From Solirubrobacteraceae bacterium (GTDB lineage Bacteria; Actinomycetota; Thermoleophilia; Solirubrobacterales; Solirubrobacteraceae): a DNA stretch of 64,000 nucleotides. The stretch's first letter is position 1; each line of letters begins with the position of its first letter. The position numbers and the translations under genes were made by a program. The DNA lies in assembly GCA_036267655.1 (NCBI GenBank), contig DATAVP010000029.1:32151-96150 (forward strand). Reading direction: 5' to 3'. A model generated the notes under the pieces. It did not search any database. It was given only the letters and a program-made list of their open reading frames with translations, and was not told where the DNA came from. This document shows positions 19,637 through 28,622 of this stretch, in pieces.

Positions 19637-20677
19637 TCAGTGCACTTCGACCTCGTGCGGACTGAGTCCGAGCCCGTCGCGCGCGATCAGTGCGAGCACG
19701 TCGCTGTGGATCCAGGGCGTGGGCGAGCGACGCGAGGCCTCCGGCAGCAATCCCAACCGTCGCGCAAGCCAGCTTGTCTCACCGCTTTCGTTGCCTGCGG
19801 CGTCGCGCTTGATACGTCCGCATCGCATCGCGATCTCGCTCATGCTCTCGCCACGGCGTTCGATCGCGTCGAGTGCCGCCGCGCGCAGCCCACGGTTCAG
19901 CACGATCGCGCTCTTCTGCGTCCGCTCGAGCTCGCCGCGCAGGACGGCAACCGACACCTCACCGCGGCGCCGATGCCATGCGATCGCAGCGCTCGTCACG
20001 GTCCGGATCGGCTCGTAGCTTTCAAGTGAGGCGACCGCCTCGCGTACGCTGACTGGCTCGAGCTCAGGGTCCTGGCGCCTGGCCTGCGATGCAGCGCGCG
20101 GATGAGGCCGCGGCTCAGAACAGTCCAAATCCGGATCGGCCTGGACCCTGCACCAGCGCAGCTCCGGGATCAGCATTCCGGTCGCGAGGCACCCCAGCTG
20201 ATATCGACGTCCGGACTCGTCGCGCGCAACCGGCTGCTCCGCCTGGAATGGCTCGATCGATTCATCGCCGAGATCCTCATACGCCGGAACCGACTCCAGA
20301 TCGGAGGCAAGCAACGGGCGGCAGGCGCAGTGCTCGCGTCCCACGCGCTCAAGGAAACATCTGCTTACCAAAGCGGCGTTCTCGGTTGGCTCATCCGATG
20401 CGATGTGGGCCAGCAGGCGGGGATCGGTGAGCGTGGCCGCGTTGCGATCGAGCACGAGCAGACTCCCGCCGGCGCCGGGCTGAAGGATGATCTCGCGCGG
20501 TCGCCCTCTCCGATCGACATATCGGCCGAGCGTGGGGCGGCCCTTGCGGGCGATTCGCTTCGGCCGAGTCGCATTCGAACTCGAGTGGCGTCGGCCTCCG
20601 TGGGGCGGCTGCTTGCTGCCGGCGCTCCGCGCCAGAGTGGAGTAGCGAGGAAGCGCAGGTGTGGCGGTGGAATTCAT
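19637..20677 (-). CDS. Hypothetical protein, possible C-terminal HTH
   Basis: 346-aa ORF co-oriented with the module, AGGAG RBS; C-terminal ESMSEIAMRCG...SWLARRLGL...LALIARDGLGLSPHEV. Confidence 0.7.
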   Translation of the reverse strand: MNSTATPALPRYSTLARSAGSKQPPHGGRRHSSSNATRPKRIARKGRPTLGRYVDRRGRPREIILQPGAGGSLLVLDRNAATLTDPRLLAHIASDEPTENAALVSRCFLERVGREHCACRPLLASDLESVPAYEDLGDESIEPFQAEQPVARDESGRRYQLGCLATGMLIPELRWCRVQADPDLDCSEPRPHPRAASQARRQDPELEPVSVREAVASLESYEPIRTVTSAAIAWHRRRGEVSVAVLRGELERTQKSAIVLNRGLRAAALDAIERRGESMSEIAMRCGRIKRDAAGNESGETSWLARRLGLLPEASRRSPTPWIHSDVLALIARDGLGLSPHEVEVH

Positions 20678-21280
20678 GGTGGACTCCTGTCGTGTCGTGT
20701 GGACTCCCCTCGCGACTGCCTCACCGAGGCGATCGCGGCTCTTGAATAGGCGCTCCGCACAGGCGTCGTCAAGCGCTCGAAAGAGCGCATGCGAGAGCTG
20801 AGACGCGAGTCCGAGAACCCCTTAAGGGGTCTCGGAAGGAGGCGGCGAGACAGACGGTGACCGCCGAAACTTGGCGCGATAACGCTCGATTCGAGCACAC
20901 CGCAGTCGCAGGACAGTCATCTGATCTTCAATGCGGCTGAGCGCCGCTGTCGCGGCTGAGACAAGAGAAGACGGGGAGTAGTGGACGCCAGCGTAGCCCG
21001 CGGTTGCGAGGCGCCGCAACCGCGTCGGTCAGTGGGTCCGGCAGCGAAGCAGAGATCACCGCGGCAGCGCCCAGGATTTGGCTTGCCGGAGCCGAACTAC
21101 TGGGGCCAGTGCCTGCAGTCGAGCGCATCGGAAGACGCCGGGCGACTGCGGCGCACACGGGGCACCTGCCCCACCGCGCAGGGGGACTGCAGACAACGGG
21201 GACGCAACTGCGGTCGAGCAGAGCCCAACGCGTGGGCGGATCTGCGCCAGGTCTTGCGCCCGGAGAGACGCCATCGCCGC
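20678..21280. other. About 600-bp non-coding region with multiple inverted repeats (candidate oriT or structured RNA)
   Basis: Hairpins at 20773-20788, 20810-20836, 20884-20896, 20999-21024 and 21159-21172; no credible ORF. Confidence 0.5.
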
Positions 21281-24200
21281 TTAGGCCAGCAGCTCCCGCC
21301 GCTCGACCGAAGCCTCGGCGCCTGCCGGATCGCCGTCCGCTTCCTCGACGCGAACCGCCGGCGGGAGCTCGGGCACGCCGTAGCCGCGAAGCGATCCGTT
21401 GTGGACATCACGCTCGGCGACAAACAAGGTCGAGCGCCGGCCGCTGTACTCCCAGTCGAGGGGGTGCTCGCCAGCGTATGCGCGACAGGCGCGCAGAGCA
21501 GCATCGGCGAGCAGGGCACAGCGGCGGGCACGCGAACGGTCGCGACAAACGAATACGAGCAGCGCTGCCGTCCGACGACGCTCCGAGTAGCGAGGCAGGT
21601 GCGTGGACCACCCAGTGAGGAAGTGGTCGTAGCGCTCGAGCTTGGCCGCGCCGGAGCCGGTCGGCAGGCGATCGTCGAGCTCAACCATGACATCCAGCGC
21701 CTGAGCCCTGAGCGCGACGGTCGCGTCCGGTCGAATCGTCTCGAAGCGATCGACCTCCACGATTCCCGCCGCACCGGTGCGTACGAAGTCGTGTGCCACG
21801 CGCCCGCCCGGCAGCCGCAGATCTGCCGGCCCAAGGGCACGTCGAGCAACACCGCCGGCCTGCGGCGGATTCAGCGCCGATTCCTCCGAGCCCCGCAACG
21901 CCGCCTCAGCGCCGCTCGCCCGCACCAGGGCGAGAACCCAGCCGGCGACATGGACATCGTGCCGCGCCTGGCGCAAACGCGACCCGTCTCGCTCGCGTGA
22001 GGACGCCCGTCGCTCGCCGCCTGAGGACCATCCCTTCGTCTGCGGTTCGGAGGGCGCGCCCTCTCCCTCGGCCGACACGAGCTGCTCCCATCCAGGGCGA
22101 CTGATCACGTAACACATTGGCACCCCGCCACCATCACGACGATGAAACTGGAAGCGTTCGACCAGGCCGGCGTCAGACAACCGCTTGAGTCGTCGCTGCG
22201 TTGTCGTGACCGCACGCTGGGGATTGAAGTGTCGGTGCAGCTGACTGCTGAGCACGTGGCTAAGACGCGCGATCAGCCGGAGGATGTCGAGGTCGAGCGC
22301 ATCTGGCTCAAGCGCCAGTGGCGAGTCCACGGGTCGAGCCCAATGGACGCTCTGGGCCCGGTCGAGCTCGACCAGCTCGCGATAGCTCTCCGCAGGCACG
22401 GTCGGGGCCTCTTGGTCGGCGAGCTGCTCGCGGACCGCGGGGCCTGCTCCGTGGACGGGCGGCTCCTTGTTGACGAGCGGCTCCCGGGTGTCGGGCCGCA
22501 TCCGGCCGGCGAGTCGCGGCTGGCCGGCGGGCGCCTCCGAGCAGGTCGTGCGTTGGCCGCGCGACCGCTCGGCCGTTCCGCCTTCCTGCCCCGCGGGACC
22601 GGCAAGCTCGCGGCGCTGCCAGTTCGGCTGACGCAGATCTCCCAGGTATCTCCCGCCTCGTTCGTGCTGGCGCTCGGCGTGCAAGGCGAGCACACCGCGA
22701 TCGACGCGCAGCGGAAGCGTTCGGCCGACGAACGGCGACTGGCGTCCCTCGGTGGTCGTCCAGCTCGCAATCGCGTGATGCTTTGGCAGATGCAGCCTCG
22801 CGTCGGGACGAGCGAGCTTGGAGATGTGCCCGATTCCGGGGCGCACCGTGTCAGAGAACTCCGCCATCGTCAGACTCGCGTCGGCTCTCGCCTCGCGCGC
22901 CGAGGCGGTGGCGAAGTAGACGCGGTGGGCAAACAACGCATCGAGTTGATCGCGGATGTCGCGGTCGCTCCACTGGGCATCGGTCTGCCAGCAGGCGACG
23001 GTCTCGAGGCCCGCCGAGCGCTTGAGCGCCATCGTCTCCGCAAAGCCACGGTTGAGCACGAGCGGAGCCTCGTCGACCTTCAGAGCGACAGCGATCCGCT
23101 CCTGCTCGCCGAGCCGATCCTGCTGGCGGGCGAGCGCCGCATCGAGCATTCCCACCAAAAGCTGCATGAGAACCGAGGTATTCCCCGCGCCCATCACGCC
23201 GAGCGCACCCTTGACCACAAGCACCTCACTGCCCGCAATCACCCGATCGAAGTCGACGGTCAGCGATTCGTTCAACAACACCCGCTTGATCGAGGCGGAG
23301 TTCAAAAGGCGCGCGAGCTTGTTGACCGGCGCGTCGAGCTTGGCTGTCGTCATGCTGCGGGCGTCGGCGAGCTGAGCCGTCAGCTCGGTAGTGAAGAACG
23401 TCGATATCTCGCTGAACTCAGGTAGCGTGCGCACTCGGGCGCCCACCGTACGCCTGTAGGCGTAGCCGTCCTCTCCGACTGAAAGCAGCCGCGCCGCGTC
23501 CCACAACGTGGAGCTGCGATCGAACGCGAGCACCGCGATGATCGCGTTTCGCAGGTAACGGTCAGACGAGGCCCTGATGTCGGCGTCGGAGAAAAGATGC
23601 TTCAGCGCTGCCACGACGTAATCGGCGATCACATCGGCCGGAGCGTCGACGGCAAGCGGATTGAAGCCGCAGGTCGGATGGGCGAAGTCCAGCAGCGTGC
23701 AGGTGCGAGCCGCGGGAACGAGGCTCACGGCAGCGTTGGCCGCGTCGCCCTTCGGGTCCAACACGATGATCGAGCAGCGCTCGCGGCGCAGATCCTCAGC
23801 GACGGTGGCGACCAGGTAGCTGGACTTGCCCTGCTCCACCGCACCGGGCACCGCCGTGTTCTGCTTGCGCAGCTCGACTTGAATCGACACAGGTCCGATC
23901 GCATCCTGCAGCGTCCCGCCGCCACGACCGGGCCGGAAGATCGCAGGCGGCGCGGGCGCGAGCGGCGTCGCGCCACGAGCAAATGGCACGGTCAGATAGT
24001 CGATGGAGGGCGCGTGCCAGATCGACGCGAGCTCCGCGCTCGCGAAGACGCCGCGATGAAAGCCGGGAAGCGGGTTGCCCTCGCCGCGCTCGATCCGCCG
24101 GCGGTAGAGTCGAAGAGCACCGTGACGGATGCTGGCGCCTCGCTCCACGAGCCGGTTCTCAGCGCTTTCGACTCGCAACTCGGATGCCACGAGCTCGCAC

Positions 24201-25201
24201 GTCGAGCGCTCCGCCGCGATCACGCGGATGTCGGCGAAGAACAGCGGCCGGTGCTGGAGATCGAGTCCGCCGCGCAGCTCGACGTCATCGACCAGCGAGC
24301 GGTCGCGGCCAATGAAGCCCATCGCGCGCTCGCGCGCCAGGCGCCGCTCGTGCATTTTGAACCGCCGCCGCGCGAAACGCTCGAACCACACCGGCGCCGG
24401 CACGAGCGCAAGCTGCACGACAGCCGGCGCGCGACAGGCACCCATCACGGTCAGCAGTCGGTTCATCGCGGGCTCCCGCTCGTGCTCGAAGCGGTCAAGC
24501 GACTTGACCCTGCGGATGAACGCCTGATCCTTCTTCAGGCGCAACAGCACGCCGGTGGCGTCGACCGACAGCAGGCCAGTGGCCGCAGCCGGGGCACCGA
24601 GCGCCTCGGGCGGTGGCGCCAGACGGCAGTTCGGGTAAGCCGACCGCAAAGCCGCCTCGACCATCGACTCGGACCCGAGCGGGCAGGTCACGGCCAGCCA
24701 TGCGAAGTGCCGCCCACCGCCCGATTCGGCCGAGGCTCGATCGGCTCGGGCGTAGTGCACCTCAAGCGCGACCGTCGCCGGCCCGAACGCCACACGCCGC
24801 CACCACCGCGGCAGCATCCGCTTGTGCAGCGCGGCGTACATCCGCGCCACGGCATCGGCACCTGGCTGATCGGTGCGATACGGCTCAACGCGCAGACGTA
24901 TGTAGCGACGCCGGCCCCGCGCCCACCAGCGCAGCGAGATGGATGCGAGGACCGCTCCCGCCGAGACCGCGACGCCAACCAAGAATGCCGCGATGACAGA
25001 GTGAAGTGGCGCCCAGCTCCAAGCGGCCGATATGACCCGCAGCGGGATGCCCAGCAGTCGATCGGGCGAGAGATTCGAGCCACTACCGGGCTTGCCGCGC
25101 AGAAGCCTCCCCGGGGCGCCGCTCAGAAGCCAGCCGACCGCCAGGAAGCCGACGAGCACGGCGAGCAAACCCAGCAGTCGCCAGATGAGGAAACGGAGCA
25201 C
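21281..25201 (-). CDS. Membrane-anchored VirD4-like ATPase fused to a C-terminal Replic_Relax relaxase-like domain (1306 aa)
   Basis: Two N-terminal TMs; GAVEQGKSS, LDPKGD, FNPL, LKVDEAP, KRSAG; after a linker, wHTH (DILRLIARL..QRRLKRLSDAGLVERF), HDVHV, IRPDA..VELDD..KLERY. Confidence 0.8.
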   Translation of the reverse strand: MLRFLIWRLLGLLAVLVGFLAVGWLLSGAPGRLLRGKPGSGSNLSPDRLLGIPLRVISAAWSWAPLHSVIAAFLVGVAVSAGAVLASISLRWWARGRRRYIRLRVEPYRTDQPGADAVARMYAALHKRMLPRWWRRVAFGPATVALEVHYARADRASAESGGGRHFAWLAVTCPLGSESMVEAALRSAYPNCRLAPPPEALGAPAAATGLLSVDATGVLLRLKKDQAFIRRVKSLDRFEHEREPAMNRLLTVMGACRAPAVVQLALVPAPVWFERFARRRFKMHERRLARERAMGFIGRDRSLVDDVELRGGLDLQHRPLFFADIRVIAAERSTCELVASELRVESAENRLVERGASIRHGALRLYRRRIERGEGNPLPGFHRGVFASAELASIWHAPSIDYLTVPFARGATPLAPAPPAIFRPGRGGGTLQDAIGPVSIQVELRKQNTAVPGAVEQGKSSYLVATVAEDLRRERCSIIVLDPKGDAANAAVSLVPAARTCTLLDFAHPTCGFNPLAVDAPADVIADYVVAALKHLFSDADIRASSDRYLRNAIIAVLAFDRSSTLWDAARLLSVGEDGYAYRRTVGARVRTLPEFSEISTFFTTELTAQLADARSMTTAKLDAPVNKLARLLNSASIKRVLLNESLTVDFDRVIAGSEVLVVKGALGVMGAGNTSVLMQLLVGMLDAALARQQDRLGEQERIAVALKVDEAPLVLNRGFAETMALKRSAGLETVACWQTDAQWSDRDIRDQLDALFAHRVYFATASAREARADASLTMAEFSDTVRPGIGHISKLARPDARLHLPKHHAIASWTTTEGRQSPFVGRTLPLRVDRGVLALHAERQHERGGRYLGDLRQPNWQRRELAGPAGQEGGTAERSRGQRTTCSEAPAGQPRLAGRMRPDTREPLVNKEPPVHGAGPAVREQLADQEAPTVPAESYRELVELDRAQSVHWARPVDSPLALEPDALDLDILRLIARLSHVLSSQLHRHFNPQRAVTTTQRRLKRLSDAGLVERFQFHRRDGGGVPMCYVISRPGWEQLVSAEGEGAPSEPQTKGWSSGGERRASSRERDGSRLRQARHDVHVAGWVLALVRASGAEAALRGSEESALNPPQAGGVARRALGPADLRLPGGRVAHDFVRTGAAGIVEVDRFETIRPDATVALRAQALDVMVELDDRLPTGSGAAKLERYDHFLTGWSTHLPRYSERRRTAALLVFVCRDRSRARRCALLADAALRACRAYAGEHPLDWEYSGRRSTLFVAERDVHNGSLRGYGVPELPPAVRVEEADGDPAGAEASVERRELLA

Positions 25202-25244
25202 TCGCCCACTTCTCCGACCTCGGGCACACGCCGGGACGCCCGTG

Positions 25245-25256
25245 GTGACTGGTCAC
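25245..25256. promoter_or_regulatory. Palindromic operator candidate upstream of the fusion gene
   Basis: GTGAC-tg-GTCAC. Confidence 0.4.
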
Positions 25257-25327
25257 TAACGCGCCGGCCATCTGGCGGAGTCAGGCGGTGTTTCTGCTGG
25301 ACTTCTTGACCGGTCTTACACGACGCG

Positions 25328-26314
25328 TCAGCGAGGCCGCGTCGCCCGCTCTACGCGCGCGCCGCGCTGCGTCAGGCTCCAGGCGTTCGAGCCGCCCTTC
25401 TCCTGTCCATCGCCCGTGTTCTCCACTAGCTCGAGACGAGCCAGGCGAGCCAGCAGCTTGGAGATCTGTCCCTGGTCCGCGACCCCCGAACGCTCCGCGA
25501 TCTCGCGATTGCTCGCGCCGGCGTGTTCGCCGATCACCACGAGCACGCGCACGGTGCGGTAGGTCAATCGCATGCTCAGACCCGCCATCGGGTCGCCGCT
25601 TCGCGTCAGCACCGGAGGAGTGTCCTCGCTGCGACGCGTTTCAGGCGCCGGGCGCGTCAGTTCGCGACTGGCTGCACGCGCTCCAAGGTACGGCAGGACG
25701 ATGATGTTCATCAGCGAGCCCAGAAGGATCGAGAAGCGTTCTGAGCCGTCTTCCAATGCACGCGTGTGTAGCACGGCCAAGACCGCGCCCACGACGCCTT
25801 CGGCAGCGACCTCCGGCGGTTCGCGCACGGCGTTGTTGACGAAGCGGCCTCGATCCACGACCTCGGCGAGGTCCTCGAGCAGCTCGGCACGCCTTTCCAG
25901 GACACGCGGACCGGCGCCGAGCGCCTCGACCAAGCAGAGGCGAGCGAGCGCCGGCTCTTCGTCGAGGAACACCAGCAGCTCCGCCAACCCGGCACGGATA
26001 CCGTCGCGCCAGCCCTCCTCCCCGTCGTAGGCCTCGCGAACCAGCCTGCCCACCTGAGAAACCGCCTGCTCGAGCGCGGCCAGGAAGCAGTCTTCGCGAT
26101 CGGCGAAGACGTCGTAAAAGGTCTTGCGTGAGACTTTCGCCCGACCGATCACCTGGGCGACCGTCATACGACCGTAGCCAACCTCCTCTACGGCCTCCAG
26201 CGCTGCGGCAAGCATTCGACTGCGTTGAATCTCTGTGACCCTCCCACGAGGGAGACCACTGGGTCTAGAACGCAACCGCGCCGACGCGGTGCGTGTCTGG
26301 TGGGCATAGGCCAT
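25328..26314 (-). CDS. TetR/AcrR-family regulator with an extra C-terminal winged helix
   Basis: QRSRMLAAA..GYGRMTVAQVIGRAKVSRKTFYDVF; C-terminal ASNREIAERSGV..QISKLLARLARLELV..WSLTQRG. Confidence 0.85.
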   Translation of the reverse strand: MAYAHQTRTASARLRSRPSGLPRGRVTEIQRSRMLAAALEAVEEVGYGRMTVAQVIGRAKVSRKTFYDVFADREDCFLAALEQAVSQVGRLVREAYDGEEGWRDGIRAGLAELLVFLDEEPALARLCLVEALGAGPRVLERRAELLEDLAEVVDRGRFVNNAVREPPEVAAEGVVGAVLAVLHTRALEDGSERFSILLGSLMNIIVLPYLGARAASRELTRPAPETRRSEDTPPVLTRSGDPMAGLSMRLTYRTVRVLVVIGEHAGASNREIAERSGVADQGQISKLLARLARLELVENTGDGQEKGGSNAWSLTQRGARVERATRPR

Positions 26315-26795
26315 TTCTTCCTCGCGTTCGTGCTTTTCGACTGTAAAGAAAGGTGTTCTTGCCCACTTATTGCGCGAGTCCGGCCCGTGCTCCATCCCCA
26401 AGAAGCGCCACAACTCGCAGGTTTCCTACAGGAGATTCAAGGATCTAGAGCGTTAAGTCGAGGCGCGTCTCCAACTTTTTCCCGGTGATTCGAACATTCG
26501 CGGCCCATAGGGTGGATTCGTAGGTCAACACCGTTCCGATTTCGTGACGCAGCGTGACCCTGGCGTCAAGTGACGCAAGCAGACGTCGGGGTCGAATTTG
26601 CTTTGCCCGAGTTGCGCAAAACACCTCATGTAGGTAAAGACAACGCGTGCCCTGGTGCGGTCTGAGCGCTCCGAGCGCACCCGACGCCCATGGGCGGTGT
26701 GAGAGAGCAGGATCAACTGCCAATGCCCCCGCCGCGGGACGGCATGAGCATCGGACGGCCCGTCGTCGCTCGTTCGACTAGCCTAACCTCCGCAA

Positions 26796-27206
26796 ATGTC
26801 GTCAAACAGACAGCGGTCGCTTGCGTTGATCACGGCGTCTCTGGCGAGTGCGGCCCTCTGCGTGCCGACCGCCTCAGCCGAAACCTACGGCAAGCTGGTT
26901 GTGCGTCACAACGCCTTGCCGGCGGGGGCGCTCGAAACCCAGTTCAGCCACGTCCGCCCCCCGCGCTCGTTCGTGCTCGTAGTCACCGAGCCGACCAAAG
27001 AACAGCTCAACTTCACCTGGTCCCTGCACTGCGCCAGCTCTGGCCGTCGTGAAAGCGGCGGCGCCTCAGGGCACGCCAGCGTCGCCGGCGGACACTGGGT
27101 CAAGCGCATTCGCGCCGACTGGATCAAGCATCCCGCCTCCTGCTCCGGCAGCATCGTCGGCATCGCCCCCGCCGGCGCCGTGCTGGTGCGGGTCTTCACG
27201 ACCTGA
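26796..27206 (+). CDS. Secreted hypothetical protein
   Basis: Sec signal peptide ending ASA|ET; two Cys in the mature part. Confidence 0.7.
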   Translation: MSSNRQRSLALITASLASAALCVPTASAETYGKLVVRHNALPAGALETQFSHVRPPRSFVLVVTEPTKEQLNFTWSLHCASSGRRESGGASGHASVAGGHWVKRIRADWIKHPASCSGSIVGIAPAGAVLVRVFTT

Positions 27207-27270
27207 GTCCCAGCCTCAATGGGCCGCTCCAGACGAGCCCATGGAGCCCGTGAGTCAGGTGGGCCAGAAG

Positions 27271-27295
27271 ATAAGAACGCCCCGCCAAGCGGGGC
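27271..27295 (-). terminator. Terminator downstream of tRNA-Glu
   Basis: GCCCCGC-caa-GCGGGGC followed on the minus strand by GTTCTTAT. Confidence 0.55.
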
Positions 27296-27301
27296 TTCAA
27301 G

Positions 27302-27374
27302 TACCGCTACCGGGATTCGAACCCGGGTTTCCGCCATGAGAGGGCGGCGTCCTAGTCCCCTGGACGATAGCGGC
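27302..27374 (-). tRNA. tRNA-Glu(CTC)
   Basis: GCCGCTATCGTCCAGGGGACTAGGACG-CCGCC-CT-CTC-AT-GGCGG-AAACCCGGGTTCGAATCCCGGTAGCGGTA; CCA not encoded. Confidence 0.95.
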
Positions 27375-27635
27375 GCGCTTCTGCTGCGACGAGGCTAGCA
27401 AAGCGCTCGGAGCCAGTGCCGAGCTCAGCGTCCCATCGAACGCCCAAGCCCTCCGCGAGGCCCGACCGCGATCGCCTCACAGGGCGCATTCGAGCGCGAA
27501 ACCCGCACGCCGTCGGTACCGCTGCATCCGTAGCCAACCGCGAATCGCGAGCCCGAGACGTGGCGCCCCGAGGCCCGGCGCGCATCGCCCGTGGCACAGG
27601 GGGACATCTGCGATATCTTCGCCTCTCGCCCGCAC

Positions 27636-27719
27636 GCGGATGTGGCGGAATTGGTAGACGCGCACGGTTCAGGTCCGTGTCTGGGAAACCAGGTGGAGGT
27701 TCGAGTCCTCTCATCCGCA
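27636..27719 (+). tRNA. tRNA-Leu(CAG)
   Basis: GCGGATGTGGCGGAATTGGTAGACGCG-CACGG-TT-CAG-GT-CCGTG, long variable arm, GGTTCGAGTCC, CATCCGCA. Confidence 0.96.
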
Positions 27720-27726
27720 TAGAAGC

Positions 27727-27751
27727 GGGCCGAGCCGGTAATGCTCGGCCC
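27727..27751 (+). terminator. Hairpin downstream of tRNA-Leu
   Basis: GGGCCGAGC-cggtaat-GCTCGGCCC. Confidence 0.5.
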
Positions 27752-27895
27752 AGCCGCACCGCGACGGCCGAGCCAAAGCCGAGGCCCAACCAGCAACGCC
27801 GAGGCCGGGGCTCAAGGCCCAGGCCGAGATCCAGGTCCAGGCGGGTGGAGCGGCGGCATGCGGCAGGACCATGTCCCGTCCTGAACCGGCCGCGC

Positions 27896-27931
27896 AAAAG
27901 AAAACGGCCGCCGGTTGCCCGGCGGCCGTTT
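27896..27931 (-). terminator. Rho-independent terminator, possibly bidirectional
   Basis: AAACGGCCGCCGG-ttgc-CCGGCGGCCGTTT; minus-strand U-tract TTTTCTTTT. Confidence 0.8.
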
Positions 27932-27954
27932 CAAACACTGCTAAGCGTTTGCGC

Positions 27955-28374
27955 TCAGCGCCCGGTGTTGCGGCGCTGACGGCGCTGGGCCGTCACGATC
28001 GAGAAGCCCATCGCGAGGAGAACCACGCCTGCACCGACCGTCCAGCGGAGGTCGAAGCCCGTGAACGGAAGCGTCGAGGCTTTCGCCGTCGGTTCGCTCG
28101 TCGCCGTAGGTTCGCTCGAGGACGTTTCGGGCGCCGTCGTTTTCGTCGGTGTGCTGCTTTCTTTCGACGGGGACGTCCCAGTCGACGGTTTGCTGTTGTA
28201 GCCCGACAGTCCTTCTTTTTCGGCCGCAAATGCCGAAGTCGGCACCACGAGGGCCATCATCAGAGCGAAAGCGACCGGCAGCACCGCAAGCTTGCGCAAC
28301 GCGCTGGATGATCCTTTCCTCTTCGTTGCTGCTTTCTGCGGCCTACTCGAGGCCACGACATCGGTCCGAGTCAT
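27955..28374 (-). CDS. Small Ser/Thr-rich surface protein with LPXTG sorting signal
   Basis: Signal peptide ending AFA|AE, S/T/P-rich core, LPFTG + hydrophobic helix + RRQRR tail; GGAGG RBS. Confidence 0.75.
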   Translation of the reverse strand: MTRTDVVASSRPQKAATKRKGSSSALRKLAVLPVAFALMMALVVPTSAFAAEKEGLSGYNSKPSTGTSPSKESSTPTKTTAPETSSSEPTATSEPTAKASTLPFTGFDLRWTVGAGVVLLAMGFSIVTAQRRQRRNTGR

Positions 28375-28622
28375 GCCAACCTCCCGGTGATGGTTTGGGT
28401 GAACGCTCCAGCCCTGTGAGGGCCTCTTGCCCTTCGTCGGGCGATTCTAGTCGGAAAACGTCTTATTTTGTTCGCCGTTCGCAGGCGGTTGCCTGCCTGA
28501 CAGGTCGAACATCTATCAACAGCGTCGGTCGGCGAATGCTCCGAGGACGCCATCCCTCCACATCGGCGGCCGCTCAGCGCGCTTGAGCAGCGCCAGACCG
28601 CGTGCACTCGGCGCGGCGCAGA

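Noticed and set aside
27766-27841. Hexamer-periodic tract (AGGCCC AGGCCG AGATCC AGGTCC) after tRNA-Leu
   Set aside because: Short and degenerate, with no repeat-spacer structure; not CRISPR and no supportable function.
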